Shown: piece by piece, positions 26,668 to 36,342 of the stretch
Layout of the letters: each line of letters starts with the position of its first letter
Position numbering within the stretch: the first letter of the stretch is position 1
Source of the DNA: a virus
Reading direction: 5' to 3' (one strand)
DNA: 64,000 nucleotides
Virus record (IMG/VR): IMGVR_UViG_3300045988_131228
Location: 96,001-160,000 of that record
Position numbers and translations under genes: made by a program
Notes under the pieces: model-generated
The model's database searches: none
What the model saw: the letters and a program-made list of their open reading frames with translations, nothing else
Told to the model about the DNA's origin: nothing

Positions 26668-28584
26668 TTAATGGTCTGGAAATGTATTATCTACAGACCT
26701 ATCTATATATGGTAATTTATCTGTGTATATGTCACTATCCCAAGCAAATTGAGCATCATATTCTTCATAGTCCGTATAAAATCTTCGAGAAGTTAAGTCA
26801 TACCATAAACCCATTTGGAAATCTGCTTTTCCTAATAATCTATCTTTGATCACCGTAAGTACTACATCAAAGTTATACCATTTTGATTTTGCATCAGCTT
26901 TTTCTTTTTTGGAAACTCGTCTTAGACCTATTGATCTCATAGCAAGATTAATAATATTAGAAGTTCCAGATATGTCGTACATTTCAATGTCAGAATTTGT
27001 ATCTTGTGTTTTTCTTGGATGAGCAATCAAAACTACTGCTACATTAAATTTTGCAGCAAACTTAATCAAAGAATTAATCAAATTTGTTTGAGCCGTATTT
27101 TTATCACTCTCTGCACAATTCAGGTCAATCATCATAAGGTTATCAAGCACAATTAATTTACATCCAAACTTTCTTACACATTCTTCTGCGGATTTTAAAA
27201 CTGAATCAACATCATTAGGTTCATCATCTCTATAGATAAACAATTTTTTGTTGTAATACGTTTGCATCTTTTTTTGAATAGATTGAGGTACTATGTAATA
27301 TTTTCGATTGTCTCTACTTGTTTTTTCAACCATATTTCTTCTACCTGCTATAATTGTATTGAACCAATTAGCAGACATTCTTTCAGGCATTTCTTTTGAA
27401 AACAAAAATACAGGGTTACCATCATCTATTGTTCTTGCAATTGTCTGATCTATAATTGAAGTTTTTCCACTACCAGGTCTTCCAGATAGAACAGTTAATG
27501 TTCCATAGAAAATTTTCAATAATTCTTCATCCAATGGTTTGATTCCTGTCTTAACTCCATCCATTTGAGAAATATCAAGTTCCTCAATTTCAGAATAATC
27601 AACAACACTTTTTACTGGAACATCTTTTGCATCTGAAATGAGATTCATCACAAAATTTTTCCCACCTATTTGTAAGCAATCATTAATATCTTTTATTGGA
27701 ACTTTTTTACCATTCTCTTTTTCAAAATATTCTGGTGCTGTTATATATTTTGTTCTCCATGTTCCTAAACGGTAAATACACTCTTTCCTCATTTTAATAC
27801 CTGCTTCATCATTGTCAGACCAGATAATAATTGAATCAAAATTGTTTAACCAATCCCAATTTTCTTCAATCCAATGAAGATTTCCTGCACCAAGAGGAAC
27901 ACTTACAGTGTTAATATATCCTGCCTCAATAGCACTTGCACAATCCGTTTCCCCTTCTGTAATCAATAATGGTTTTGATGTATTGACTCTATTCATGTTG
28001 AATAATAAAGCTGATGTATCAGAGTCTTTTTGGCACCATGTTTTCGGTTGCCCCGAATGTTTTTCTATTGTTCTTGCAGGTCTATATTTGACCATTGTTA
28101 GAACATCATTTGTGTCATAGAAATTAAATACTCCATTTCCATGTAAGTCTTCTCTGATGTCAAGATAATCAATTACATTTTTTGAAATTCCTCGTTTGCC
28201 CCAATATTCAAGGACATTTGTTTTACCATTTAACGGTTCTTCGTGTGGATATCTATAGTTTCTTCTAGTTTTTACATCTTTTTCTCCAAAGCTATATTCA
28301 ACATTTGCTTTATCAAATAAATATTTTGCCGCTTCTAAAAATGTATTTCCTTTTTCCATTAAAACATCAATGATATCAACTGTTTTATTACACCCGAAAC
28401 AATGGAAAGTATAATTCTTTTTATTGTAAATAAAGCTTGCAGTATCTTCATTATGATATGGACAACATGCCTTTAAATTTTTTTCATCAAAATTATCCAG
28501 TTCAAGCAATTCTGCTATTAAAAAAGCGTTTTTGTCACCTAGCTTTTCTTTCGCTTTTTCAATGTCTTTTTTATCAATTAGCAT
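26668..28584 (-). CDS. Bifunctional primase-helicase (DnaG-type zinc finger/Toprim + DnaB/RecA-type NTPase)
   Basis: CPYHNEDTASF..HCFGC, TEGETDCASA (Toprim), GRPGSGKTS (Walker A), LIVLDNLM (Walker B). Confidence 0.85.
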   Translation of the reverse strand: MLIDKKDIEKAKEKLGDKNAFLIAELLELDNFDEKNLKACCPYHNEDTASFIYNKKNYTFHCFGCNKTVDIIDVLMEKGNTFLEAAKYLFDKANVEYSFGEKDVKTRRNYRYPHEEPLNGKTNVLEYWGKRGISKNVIDYLDIREDLHGNGVFNFYDTNDVLTMVKYRPARTIEKHSGQPKTWCQKDSDTSALLFNMNRVNTSKPLLITEGETDCASAIEAGYINTVSVPLGAGNLHWIEENWDWLNNFDSIIIWSDNDEAGIKMRKECIYRLGTWRTKYITAPEYFEKENGKKVPIKDINDCLQIGGKNFVMNLISDAKDVPVKSVVDYSEIEELDISQMDGVKTGIKPLDEELLKIFYGTLTVLSGRPGSGKTSIIDQTIARTIDDGNPVFLFSKEMPERMSANWFNTIIAGRRNMVEKTSRDNRKYYIVPQSIQKKMQTYYNKKLFIYRDDEPNDVDSVLKSAEECVRKFGCKLIVLDNLMMIDLNCAESDKNTAQTNLINSLIKFAAKFNVAVVLIAHPRKTQDTNSDIEMYDISGTSNIINLAMRSIGLRRVSKKEKADAKSKWYNFDVVLTVIKDRLLGKADFQMGLWYDLTSRRFYTDYEEYDAQFAWDSDIYTDKLPYIDRSVDNTFPDH

Positions 28585-28595
28585 CTGCTCACCAC

Positions 28596-28952
28596 CTATA
28601 CTTTAAATTCTTGCTCATAAAATAACTTTCTGATGCCATACAAAACTTGCACTGGCTTTTGAGAATAATACAATTTTGACGACTCAATATTTTTCCTAAT
28701 GTATTCTATAGGGACTCTATTTTTAAAAACCATTGTGTTTATTGCTCTATAAGCAATAGGATATTTTGTCTTATCTTCTATATAGCTCATGTATGTATTG
28801 ACACAATCAGTAATCTCTTGTTTCATACCTGCACAATCCCAATGATAATGTTTCCTATTAATAACCACGGATTCAGAGTCTTTAATTCTGTCCCCGTGGT
28901 GTAAACAATATTTATATGCGCAGATATATTCTTTTTCTTTTTTACCTGCCAT
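28596..28952 (-). CDS. hypothetical protein
   Basis: 118 aa, lying between the SSB and primase genes. Confidence 0.55.
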   Translation of the reverse strand: MAGKKEKEYICAYKYCLHHGDRIKDSESVVINRKHYHWDCAGMKQEITDCVNTYMSYIEDKTKYPIAYRAINTMVFKNRVPIEYIRKNIESSKLYYSQKPVQVLYGIRKLFYEQEFKV

Positions 28953-28963
28953 ATCTACCTCTT

Positions 28964-29392
28964 TTAGTTAAATGGAAGTTCTTCCTCAATACCATCTGGA
29001 ATACTCATGAATTTATCACTTCCAGGAGCAGGTGTTTTATTAACATTACTTGTAGAGTTTTCAGAAGAATTTTTGCTTTCTGCAAATTCTACCTGTTCTA
29101 CAATGACATCAGTTGTATAAACTTTAATTCCATCTTTGTTTGTATAACTTCCAGTTTGAATACGTCCTTCTACAACAAACTTCGTACCCTGATGTCCATA
29201 TTTTTCAATAAATTCTGCGGTTTTCCCAAAAGCCACACAGCTAATGAAATCGGCAGTCTGTTCATCACCTTGTCTTTTGAACCTTCGATCTACAGCCAGA
29301 GTAAATCTCGCAACTGCGGATGAATTTTCTCCCTGTGTATATCTTACTTCTGCATCTCTTGTCATTCTTCCCATTAACATTACTTTATTCAT
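28964..29392 (-). CDS. ssb: Single-stranded DNA-binding protein
   Basis: OB-fold N-terminus MNKVMLMGRMTRDAEVRYT. Acidic C-terminal tip EEELPFN. Confidence 0.9.
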   Translation of the reverse strand: MNKVMLMGRMTRDAEVRYTQGENSSAVARFTLAVDRRFKRQGDEQTADFISCVAFGKTAEFIEKYGHQGTKFVVEGRIQTGSYTNKDGIKVYTTDVIVEQVEFAESKNSSENSTSNVNKTPAPGSDKFMSIPDGIEEELPFN

Positions 29393-29410
29393 TATATTTT
29401 CCTCCTATAA

Positions 29411-30358
29411 TTACGCCTGTACTGGTTTGATTTCTTTTACTTTTGCTAAACATTCTTTTGCTGCTTCTAAATCTTTAATTGCATTTGGGTTGCCACTTGG
29501 AACATATTCTTTCAGAGCATTCATTAATTCTGCATTTTTTGTGCCACCAAGTTTCGTGCAAAAAGAGATAATTTCTTTTTTGATGGAAATAATATCATCT
29601 TCTACATTTTGAGCTGTAGATGCTGTAAATTTAGGTCTTGTTGGTTCAATATCCGATGTATTAGCCCACTTGATAATTTTCTGTCCATGAGATTCTGTAA
29701 GTAATGTTGCATTATCATTCTCAAAAATATGAGTATTATCTTTCTGAGGTTCAGCCATATGAGTTTTCTGATCTACTGTAAACGTACAAGTAAATTCGTA
29801 TTCAAACCCATCTCTCTGTTTCGCTCCTACCCCAAGTTTTTTAACACTTGTTTTACCTCTATCATCTTTTTCAATTTCGTACTGATCTTTTCCTCGCATA
29901 GTTGCGATTAAATGAATTGGACTTGTGGCAAGTTTATTGATAAATGCATCGTGTCTTGGAGTTACTTTCGCCCATGCTTGATATGTCCCACCAGCTTTTT
30001 GCTGTAATTCAAGACAACCGCCTTTACCATCCCATTCAGGGGATGTGCTGTCCATAATTAAGATGTCATATTTTTCTTCGACTGCAAAATCAATTACATC
30101 AGAAAACTGTTCTGGATTAAAAGGTTCTACAAGATCAACAATGTCATAATCAAATTCATTTGCATAGTATCTACCTCTTGCGCCCTCTGTATTAGCAAGT
30201 AAAATTCTACAAGGTTTTCCAGTGATTTTTTCGAGTTCTTCACGCATTCCAGTGGCTAATCTTAATGCAGAATATGTTTTCCCACCACCTGACGGAGCCA
30301 TAAGTGCCACCTTTGTATAAATTTTTTCTCTTACTGCTTTTTGTACTTTAAAAGCCAT
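29411..30358 (-). CDS. Sak4-like / AAA_24 RecA-fold ATPase (recombination mediator)
   Basis: Walker A APSGGGKT, Walker B ILIMDS. Adjacent to ssb. Confidence 0.7.
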   Translation of the reverse strand: MAFKVQKAVREKIYTKVALMAPSGGGKTYSALRLATGMREELEKITGKPCRILLANTEGARGRYYANEFDYDIVDLVEPFNPEQFSDVIDFAVEEKYDILIMDSTSPEWDGKGGCLELQQKAGGTYQAWAKVTPRHDAFINKLATSPIHLIATMRGKDQYEIEKDDRGKTSVKKLGVGAKQRDGFEYEFTCTFTVDQKTHMAEPQKDNTHIFENDNATLLTESHGQKIIKWANTSDIEPTRPKFTASTAQNVEDDIISIKKEIISFCTKLGGTKNAELMNALKEYVPSGNPNAIKDLEAAKECLAKVKEIKPVQA

Positions 30359-30450
30359 AGTCTTAAATCCTCCTGTGATTTTTATTCTTTGTTTTTAATA
30401 TGTAATAACATTTATGTGAACACACTCATATTTGAGTGTAGTAACATGGA

Positions 30451-30479
30451 ATTAAATCTATGATAAAATTCTATGTCAA
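30451..30479 (-). promoter_or_regulatory. Promoter TTGACA-N17-TTTAAT for the replication/recombination operon
   Basis: -35 at 30479..30474, -10 at 30456..30451. Lies in the 244-nt gap. A 7-bp hairpin (30422-30439) would fall in the leader. Confidence 0.45.
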
Positions 30480-30602
30480 CAGTGATTTATGGGTATAAAA
30501 TCCCAAGGGTATGCTGCTAACCACCCATTTTTTTATTTCTCTATTCAGTTTCAATTTATTTGGAAAATTCGATTCGATTGAATCTATAAGATTTATTTCT
30601 CT

Positions 30603-30875
30603 TTATTTTTTAACTGGTAAAATTGAAATAATGTATCGTCCTGGAAGTATTAATAACTCACCATCTTCTGTTTGAAAATGGAACTGTTCAAACAATCCCA
30701 TAATATTTATTAATTTTACATTTCTATATCTTTTATAAAACATTATGTCTCTTGTTGAATTAATAAAATTATGATTAAACTTAACATCATCTCGACATCC
30801 AGTGCATTCTACATTATAATTCCTGTCAATCATTTGACAAATCGTTTCATTCCATTTTTTATAATTGTCATTCAT
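30603..30875 (-). CDS. hypothetical protein
   Basis: 90-aa ORF. Confidence 0.55.
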   Translation of the reverse strand: MNDNYKKWNETICQMIDRNYNVECTGCRDDVKFNHNFINSTRDIMFYKRYRNVKLINIMGLFEQFHFQTEDGELLILPGRYIISILPVKK

Positions 30876-30904
30876 ATTTTATATTCTCCGATGAAATTTG
30901 GATT

Positions 30905-31216
30905 TTAATTTTCTTCCTGTCTACCTGACCAATCACATTGAGTACATAACTCATCAAGTTCATTCATATGTTTTTCAAGATATTCCATAATATCTTTAAC
31001 AATATTAATGTCGCAAATACCAATTACTCCCTTTTGCTTTTCATTATCAATATATATTCCGTCTGAACAATCATATTTTATTGGAATATCAAAGACCTCA
31101 TCAAAGCTTCCTTCACTAAGCGATACTGTAATTCCATTTGGTTCAACTACAACTTTAAAATTATGTGATTTGTCATATTTCATAATTTTAACAATGTCTT
31201 CTACTACATTAATCAT
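30905..31216 (-). CDS. hypothetical acidic protein
   Basis: 103-aa ORF. Confidence 0.55.
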   Translation of the reverse strand: MINVVEDIVKIMKYDKSHNFKVVVEPNGITVSLSEGSFDEVFDIPIKYDCSDGIYIDNEKQKGVIGICDINIVKDIMEYLEKHMNELDELCTQCDWSGRQEEN

Positions 31217-31584
31217 TTATTCTCCTTTTCATCATCCTCATTCACAATCTTGTCAATCTGATCTGTAATATAATCAACTACATTCTTACCAGTTTTGCCA
31301 ATTGTTTGAATATTATCTGGTGTAATTTCATTTGCTACCATCATTGTATATATTGTTTCAGTGCTTGGAGTAATAACTAAAACAACTGCACTGATAATAG
31401 ATGTTATTACGCATTTTTTCATAAAATTTTTATGAGTTAATACAGATCCATATTCTATGTCACCCTCAATGAATGCTATAAATATCGCAATTATGCAACA
31501 TACTAAAATACATCCAGCAAGAATTTTCAAAGAATCTACTCTACTAGCGAAATAAATCACCAAAGGGCTAATAATCGGTTTCAT
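31213..31584 (-). CDS. membrane protein (about 3 TM helices)
   Basis: Hydrophobic segments ILAGCILVCCIIAIFIAFI and ITSIISAVVLVI. Confidence 0.55.
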   Translation of the reverse strand: MKPIISPLVIYFASRVDSLKILAGCILVCCIIAIFIAFIEGDIEYGSVLTHKNFMKKCVITSIISAVVLVITPSTETIYTMMVANEITPDNIQTIGKTGKNVVDYITDQIDKIVNEDDEKENK

Positions 31585-31621
31585 TTTCTCACATCCTATC
31601 TATCTGAAACGAAAGTTTTAT

Positions 31622-32260
31622 TTATAAATTCTCTAACTTTTTTAACTCTTTCTGAGCATTTTCAATAGTTTCTTTAAGATCTCTAATCTTATATTCTCTT
31701 TCTGCTAGAAGTTTCTTTTCATTTTCTTCTTTATCATTCGCATAAAATTTATCTTCAAACTCCCAATAATCATGTTCATCTCCACTCCATGAGTGATTCG
31801 ATACAAGAAAACTTTTTCTAACTTCGACACTTGGAGCTTCCCAATCACATCCATGTCCACAACAATGTTTATCTTCTCTATAATCTGGATCACCAAGACT
31901 ACATTGACAATCTCCCCAATTACGTTCATCGTAACTGAATGTAATTTCATATCTAAAATCTGATTCTTCTGCACATTTCCAATTATTATTTTCAGTTTCA
32001 TTGTAAAGAAATACATTTACCTTACAGATACAATAATTATCATCTCCAATTACAATATCATAATTATCACAATCTCTTAAATCAGAACAAAATTTATTAC
32101 AACATTCATAATTATTCGTTAAATCTTGCCATAGCACAGATACCAAAAACGGGATATCCAGCTTTTTACCATTTGGTTCTTTATATGTATTCTCGTATTT
32201 CAATACATCAATCAACTGTTCTATGAAATTTTGAATTGTAATATTGACACTATGCTTCAT
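31622..32260 (-). CDS. hypothetical Cys/His-rich protein
   Basis: AAAGGAG-preceded ATG 32260 (track TTG 32281). Contains CCGHGC. Confidence 0.55.
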   Translation of the reverse strand: MKHSVNITIQNFIEQLIDVLKYENTYKEPNGKKLDIPFLVSVLWQDLTNNYECCNKFCSDLRDCDNYDIVIGDDNYCICKVNVFLYNETENNNWKCAEESDFRYEITFSYDERNWGDCQCSLGDPDYREDKHCCGHGCDWEAPSVEVRKSFLVSNHSWSGDEHDYWEFEDKFYANDKEENEKKLLAEREYKIRDLKETIENAQKELKKLENL

Positions 32261-32277
32261 ATGTATTCGTTCTCCTT

Positions 32278-32454
32278 TCAATATCCTCTCATCTCAAATA
32301 GTTCTTCTTCATATGAGATACACTCATATCTTTTACAATTGTCCACTGTACATTGAAATTCTCCGCACCAAGGACTTCCATCTCCCATATGATCATATGG
32401 ACAATGATAATCTTTTCTGCAATATTCACAGTTTGTATATTTCTCACATGCCAT
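32278..32454 (-). CDS. hypothetical Cys-rich protein
   Basis: ATG 32454 just after the upstream stop (track start 32508 lies inside the neighbouring gene). 9 Cys in 58 aa. Confidence 0.5.
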   Translation of the reverse strand: MACEKYTNCEYCRKDYHCPYDHMGDGSPWCGEFQCTVDNCKRYECISYEEELFEMRGY

Positions 32455-32455
32455 T

Positions 32456-32773
32456 TTATTTATTCTCCACTTTATTACATAACATAACTGAGTTATCATT
32501 ACTTGCAAATCCTCTATATGTTATTTCTTTGTTGTTTAATTTTGCTTTCTGACAAGCGAATTGAGCATTTAAAATTTCATTTTTAGATAAATATTCACTA
32601 TTAATCTTAGAAATAATTTCCTCAACTTCTTTTCTATGCTTACATACGTCAGATTTAACACATGAAAAACATGGAATGTCGTATGACACACTTTCCATAT
32701 GTAAATATCCTGTAGTTATTGTATTTTTCATTATTCTAATTTCTCCTTTATGATAATTTATTTGTAAGAACAT
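32456..32773 (-). CDS. hypothetical protein
   Basis: 105-aa ORF. Confidence 0.55.
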   Translation of the reverse strand: MFLQINYHKGEIRIMKNTITTGYLHMESVSYDIPCFSCVKSDVCKHRKEVEEIISKINSEYLSKNEILNAQFACQKAKLNNKEITYRGFASNDNSVMLCNKVENK

Positions 32774-32885
32774 TTAATGCTTTTACAAATTCCAGCTTTA
32801 ACTCTCTGATTACATCTAATGGATTAATCTCAACAGGTTTTTCAATTTTACCAGTTACTTTAATGTTCATTTATTTATTCTCCAT

Positions 32886-33152
32886 CTACCAAGAAATTAT
32901 CAATGTCTCACTCTTCTCTGATGTGTCAAAACATGAGACATGATAATTTTTGTCAATACATAAAATTCCAATTAAATCATTTAATAAAGGAATTAGATGA
33001 AAGTTTTCACACACAGTATCATTAATTGAATTTTTGCCATTTGTTGAAGCTTCGATGATTTCTTTATTTATATTATTAAGATGTTTTTTTAATGTGTCTT
33101 CATACCTTACGGCGTTTTTCACTAATTCTCCATCTGTTTCTGCATTAATCAT
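32886..33152 (-). CDS. hypothetical protein
   Basis: 88-aa ORF. Confidence 0.5.
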   Translation of the reverse strand: MINAETDGELVKNAVRYEDTLKKHLNNINKEIIEASTNGKNSINDTVCENFHLIPLLNDLIGILCIDKNYHVSCFDTSEKSETLIISW

Positions 33153-33157
33153 AAATC

Positions 33158-33502
33158 TTATTCTCCTAATATTTTCTTCACATCTAACACATCAATCTTC
33201 TGGTAATGATATTCATTTGGTGATTCGATATAATTTTTATTCAATTTATCATTTACATCATTTACACAAAATACTGTGCATCTACTACCATGACCATCAC
33301 TATTGAAATGAATTTCTGCGTTATCGCAAGTTTCTTTACCTGTTTCAAACCAATCTTTTCGACACTCAAAGCACTTCATAGATAATTTATATTTCTCATT
33401 CATTTTATCAACAAAATATTTTGCTGATTCTTCATCATATGTAATTCCATCTATTACTTCTCCATAAGAATGAGTGATTAGGTATACATTGTCATTATCC
33501 AT
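33158..33502 (-). CDS. hypothetical protein
   Basis: 114-aa ORF. Confidence 0.55.
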   Translation of the reverse strand: MDNDNVYLITHSYGEVIDGITYDEESAKYFVDKMNEKYKLSMKCFECRKDWFETGKETCDNAEIHFNSDGHGSRCTVFCVNDVNDKLNKNYIESPNEYHYQKIDVLDVKKILGE

Positions 33503-33686
33503 TTTTACTTTCTCCTATTAATGATTTTGCTAATTTATCCCAATCAGAAATGTATTCTTCTTTTGATAATTCCCTTAATACTTCTCCCATTGGTAAATGT
33601 GATATACCGGATTCTCTCGCTGCTTCAATTGCTGTTTTACTGTTAGTAATTAATTCTACAAATTTTGCAATTTTAATATCTTTCAT
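33495..33686 (-). CDS. hypothetical protein, possible helix-turn-helix
   Basis: 63 aa. TAIEAARESGISH resembles an HTH turn. Weak evidence. Confidence 0.45.
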   Translation of the reverse strand: MKDIKIAKFVELITNSKTAIEAARESGISHLPMGEVLRELSKEEYISDWDKLAKSLIGESKNG

Positions 33687-34105
33687 AACTTATCACCATC
33701 CTTTACAAATTCAAATTCTCCATTTGTATATGAATGTAACTTCCACCCTTTTACAATTTCAAATCTATGAACATAATTTGGATGTCCATGTTTCTTTAGC
33801 ATCTTTTTATTAATTCTCTTCTTTTTATGCCATTTACATGGAATAAGTTTTGAAACTTTAATATCATATTTATCAGGAATCTTAAATTTATCAATACTAA
33901 AAGCTTTATATATCTTTTGATAATCAGCAAGTTCAGATACATCAATGCAAAATGAACCATCATATTTATCCAATCGTGATGTATATTTTGTATTATATTC
34001 ATACCTCAAATCACCATCTTGAATATTATTAATTTGCATAATCGGTTTATCACCATTCATTAAATACATTTCATTAATTTCTTTATTCAAAATTTCTTTA
34101 TTCAA
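33683..34105 (-). CDS. hypothetical protein
   Basis: 140-aa ORF. Confidence 0.55.
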   Translation of the reverse strand: MNKEILNKEINEMYLMNGDKPIMQINNIQDGDLRYEYNTKYTSRLDKYDGSFCIDVSELADYQKIYKAFSIDKFKIPDKYDIKVSKLIPCKWHKKKRINKKMLKKHGHPNYVHRFEIVKGWKLHSYTNGEFEFVKDGDKL

Positions 34106-34149
34106 TTTTATTTCTCCTATGAAATTCAGAATTTATTTACTCTTATCTT

Positions 34150-34347
34150 TTAATTCTCCTTATGATATTCTTTATCTAACCAATGAATACAATTTTCAAT
34201 CGCAGCATCATAATTTTCAAAAATGTATCCACTTGGACTATACCAATAAGCAATTTCACCAACATAAATCTTTTTTACTAAATATGGTGAAAGTTCTTCA
34301 AGTGACATTGCTCTAAATCTATCTATATTCCTCATAATCCACCTCAC
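34150..34347 (-). CDS. hypothetical protein
   Basis: 65-aa ORF with a 4-nt overlap with the upstream gene. Confidence 0.5.
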   Translation of the reverse strand: MRWIMRNIDRFRAMSLEELSPYLVKKIYVGEIAYWYSPSGYIFENYDAAIENCIHWLDKEYHKEN

Positions 34348-35132
34348 ATATTAGTTTCTATACCATGCCATTTCTTATGTCTCTCCCAGTCTCGCCATTC
34401 GAGATTACCAAAATGGATTCTTAATTCTATATTCTCTATATCGTCCTGTGATAATATCCAATCACGATACTGTCTTACTTCACTATCCGTCAAATCATAA
34501 ATGTTCTTATAATAACCTAACACCTTGTCAATCTGTTCAATAGACCAATCATAATCAGATAAAGCAGCTTGACGTTTATATTCCGCAATATGTTCATCTA
34601 CTTCGTTCTGTGCTTCATCATATGTGCGATATACTTTTGAGCAGGTTACAGTTGTATGATTTGGAGTCCTATTGATTCCCCAATCTTGCGGATACCCCTT
34701 ATGTATTCTCCAACCATCTTTTGTGATTTCTGATTCAATAGATCCATGAAAAATATTAGAACGTTTCACTAGGAATCCTTTATCATATGCTTCTTTTAAT
34801 GTTTCTGGTTTATTGATATCCAGTTTGAAATTAATTTCTTCATCGGTTAAATCATCACTTTTAATTTCAAATAGCTTCGTATCATAACTCCAATTCTTAG
34901 GAAGCTTGTGAAATCTCTGTTCTGTTTCAAACTCGTCAATTGGAACGCCTTTTACATAATCAGAATAGATTCTTCTACGTTCTCTTGGTGCAAGATAATC
35001 AATATAAACATCAAATTTATACTGCTCATCTACCATTCCATAATGAACTGAATACTTATGTCCATACTGATGACACCAAAATACAATTTCGCCACTTTCA
35101 AATCTCTTATCCTTTGGTGGTATATTTGCCAT
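34344..35132 (-). CDS. hypothetical protein
   Basis: 262-aa ORF. Confidence 0.6.
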   Translation of the reverse strand: MANIPPKDKRFESGEIVFWCHQYGHKYSVHYGMVDEQYKFDVYIDYLAPRERRRIYSDYVKGVPIDEFETEQRFHKLPKNWSYDTKLFEIKSDDLTDEEINFKLDINKPETLKEAYDKGFLVKRSNIFHGSIESEITKDGWRIHKGYPQDWGINRTPNHTTVTCSKVYRTYDEAQNEVDEHIAEYKRQAALSDYDWSIEQIDKVLGYYKNIYDLTDSEVRQYRDWILSQDDIENIELRIHFGNLEWRDWERHKKWHGIETNM

Positions 35133-35232
35133 AATTATTCCCCTTTCCTATTTATTTTTGAATGTGTAGGTAAGGAATTGAACCCTACCATTCTATATTT
35201 CTTCATATAGAATCACACCATGTCTACACTAT

Positions 35233-35991
35233 TTATTTCTCTGTTGCATCGACAACTGCATTCATACTATTATCATATGAATATTCTCCAAAATATTTTT
35301 GTTCTGCTGCTTTTCTTATTTTAATTGCGTTATTAACATCCGAAAATAATCCCAAGTGTATTTTTTGTTTATCAACCTTTATTTCCGCAACCCATTTATT
35401 TCGTAAATTGTGATACCATACACCAGTTATTCCTGATGAATTATGCTTTTTTAATTTTGTATTCATAACATTTTGTTCTTGAGTACATTTTCTAAGAACG
35501 GCTTTTCTATTATCTAAAAGATTATGTTTTATATGATCTGCAACTTCGTTTGTATCTGTCACATTCATAATACATCTATGCAAATATAAGATTTTATTAC
35601 CTTTTAAACGGGTAAACACATATCCATTATTACTTTTCAACCAACAATAATTTTTAATTTTATCATAATCTTCTAAATCAAAATAAAATTCTTCATTAGT
35701 ATTGGAAGTCCATCCTATGCCATATTCACCAGAAAGATCATACTGATTATATTTTTTATGAATTTTACTCCTAACCTCTTTCGCTAAACATCCACATGAT
35801 TTAGTAGAACCGTTTTTTAAATTTTCTCCTATTACAACAATCATCGTTTGATTTTCACAATTACATTGACACAACCACTGGACTCGTTTTCTTCCATTTT
35901 CTTGAACTTTATCTTCTACTCTTTTAATTACAGTTAAACGACCAAATTGTTGTCCAGTTAAATCTCTAAGTTTTGATATATTTATCACCAC
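35233..35991 (-). CDS. HNH homing endonuclease with AP2 DNA-binding domain (free-standing)
   Basis: HNH region HRCIM..ADHIKHNLLDNR..NVMN. AP2-like SSGITGVWYHNLRNKWVAEI..LGLF. The N-terminal LTGQQFGRLTVI..WLCQCNC..SCGC module is shared with the GIY-YIG gene. Start ambiguous (GTG within the SD, or ATA 5 nt after GGTGA). Confidence 0.8.
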   Translation of the reverse strand: MVINISKLRDLTGQQFGRLTVIKRVEDKVQENGRKRVQWLCQCNCENQTMIVVIGENLKNGSTKSCGCLAKEVRSKIHKKYNQYDLSGEYGIGWTSNTNEEFYFDLEDYDKIKNYCWLKSNNGYVFTRLKGNKILYLHRCIMNVTDTNEVADHIKHNLLDNRKAVLRKCTQEQNVMNTKLKKHNSSGITGVWYHNLRNKWVAEIKVDKQKIHLGLFSDVNNAIKIRKAAEQKYFGEYSYDNSMNAVVDATEK

Positions 35992-36007
35992 CTTTCCAAC
36001 ATGTACA

Positions 36008-36310
36008 TCACTTATTCATTGTCAAAATCTTCTCAAAAATATCATAAGTCGCTACAAATTTTGAAGCCAATACATCTGGTGATTCTATTGATTCTATTCT
36101 CTTTAATGTATTCCTCATTCTGTATGCAAGTTCTTTTATATTATTCAATAAGCGTTCCATTTCAGAAATATCTCTTGTAACTAACGCTCCAATAAAAGCA
36201 TTTTGTAACAACATCATATCTTCATTTAATACATTCAGATTGTAATTTGTAAGTAGTTCACAATTGTCCAACTTTTTCGCAAGAATTTGAAAATCTTCGT
36301 TTATACTCAT
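36008..36310 (-). CDS. hypothetical protein
   Basis: 100-aa ORF. Confidence 0.55.
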   Translation of the reverse strand: MSINEDFQILAKKLDNCELLTNYNLNVLNEDMMLLQNAFIGALVTRDISEMERLLNNIKELAYRMRNTLKRIESIESPDVLASKFVATYDIFEKILTMNK

Positions 36311-36342
36311 AATGTTCTCACTTTCTCTATGAAATCAGAGTT

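Noticed and set aside
30359-30602. tRNA or small RNA gene in the 244-nt gap upstream of the Sak4-like gene.
   Set aside because: No cloverleaf could be drawn. The content is better explained by a TTGACA-N17-TTTAAT promoter, a leader hairpin (30422-30439) and a short hairpin, GATTC-GATT-GAATC.
35161-35230. tRNA-like element on the minus strand downstream of the HNH gene. It has a T-arm-like TAGGG-TTCAATT-CCTTA and a 6/7-bp acceptor-like pairing, GTGTAGA/CCTACAC.
   Set aside because: It is only about 66 nt long and has no D-arm. The middle hairpin has a 9-bp stem and a 6-nt loop, which is incompatible with an anticodon arm. It is more likely a terminator hairpin plus chance similarity.
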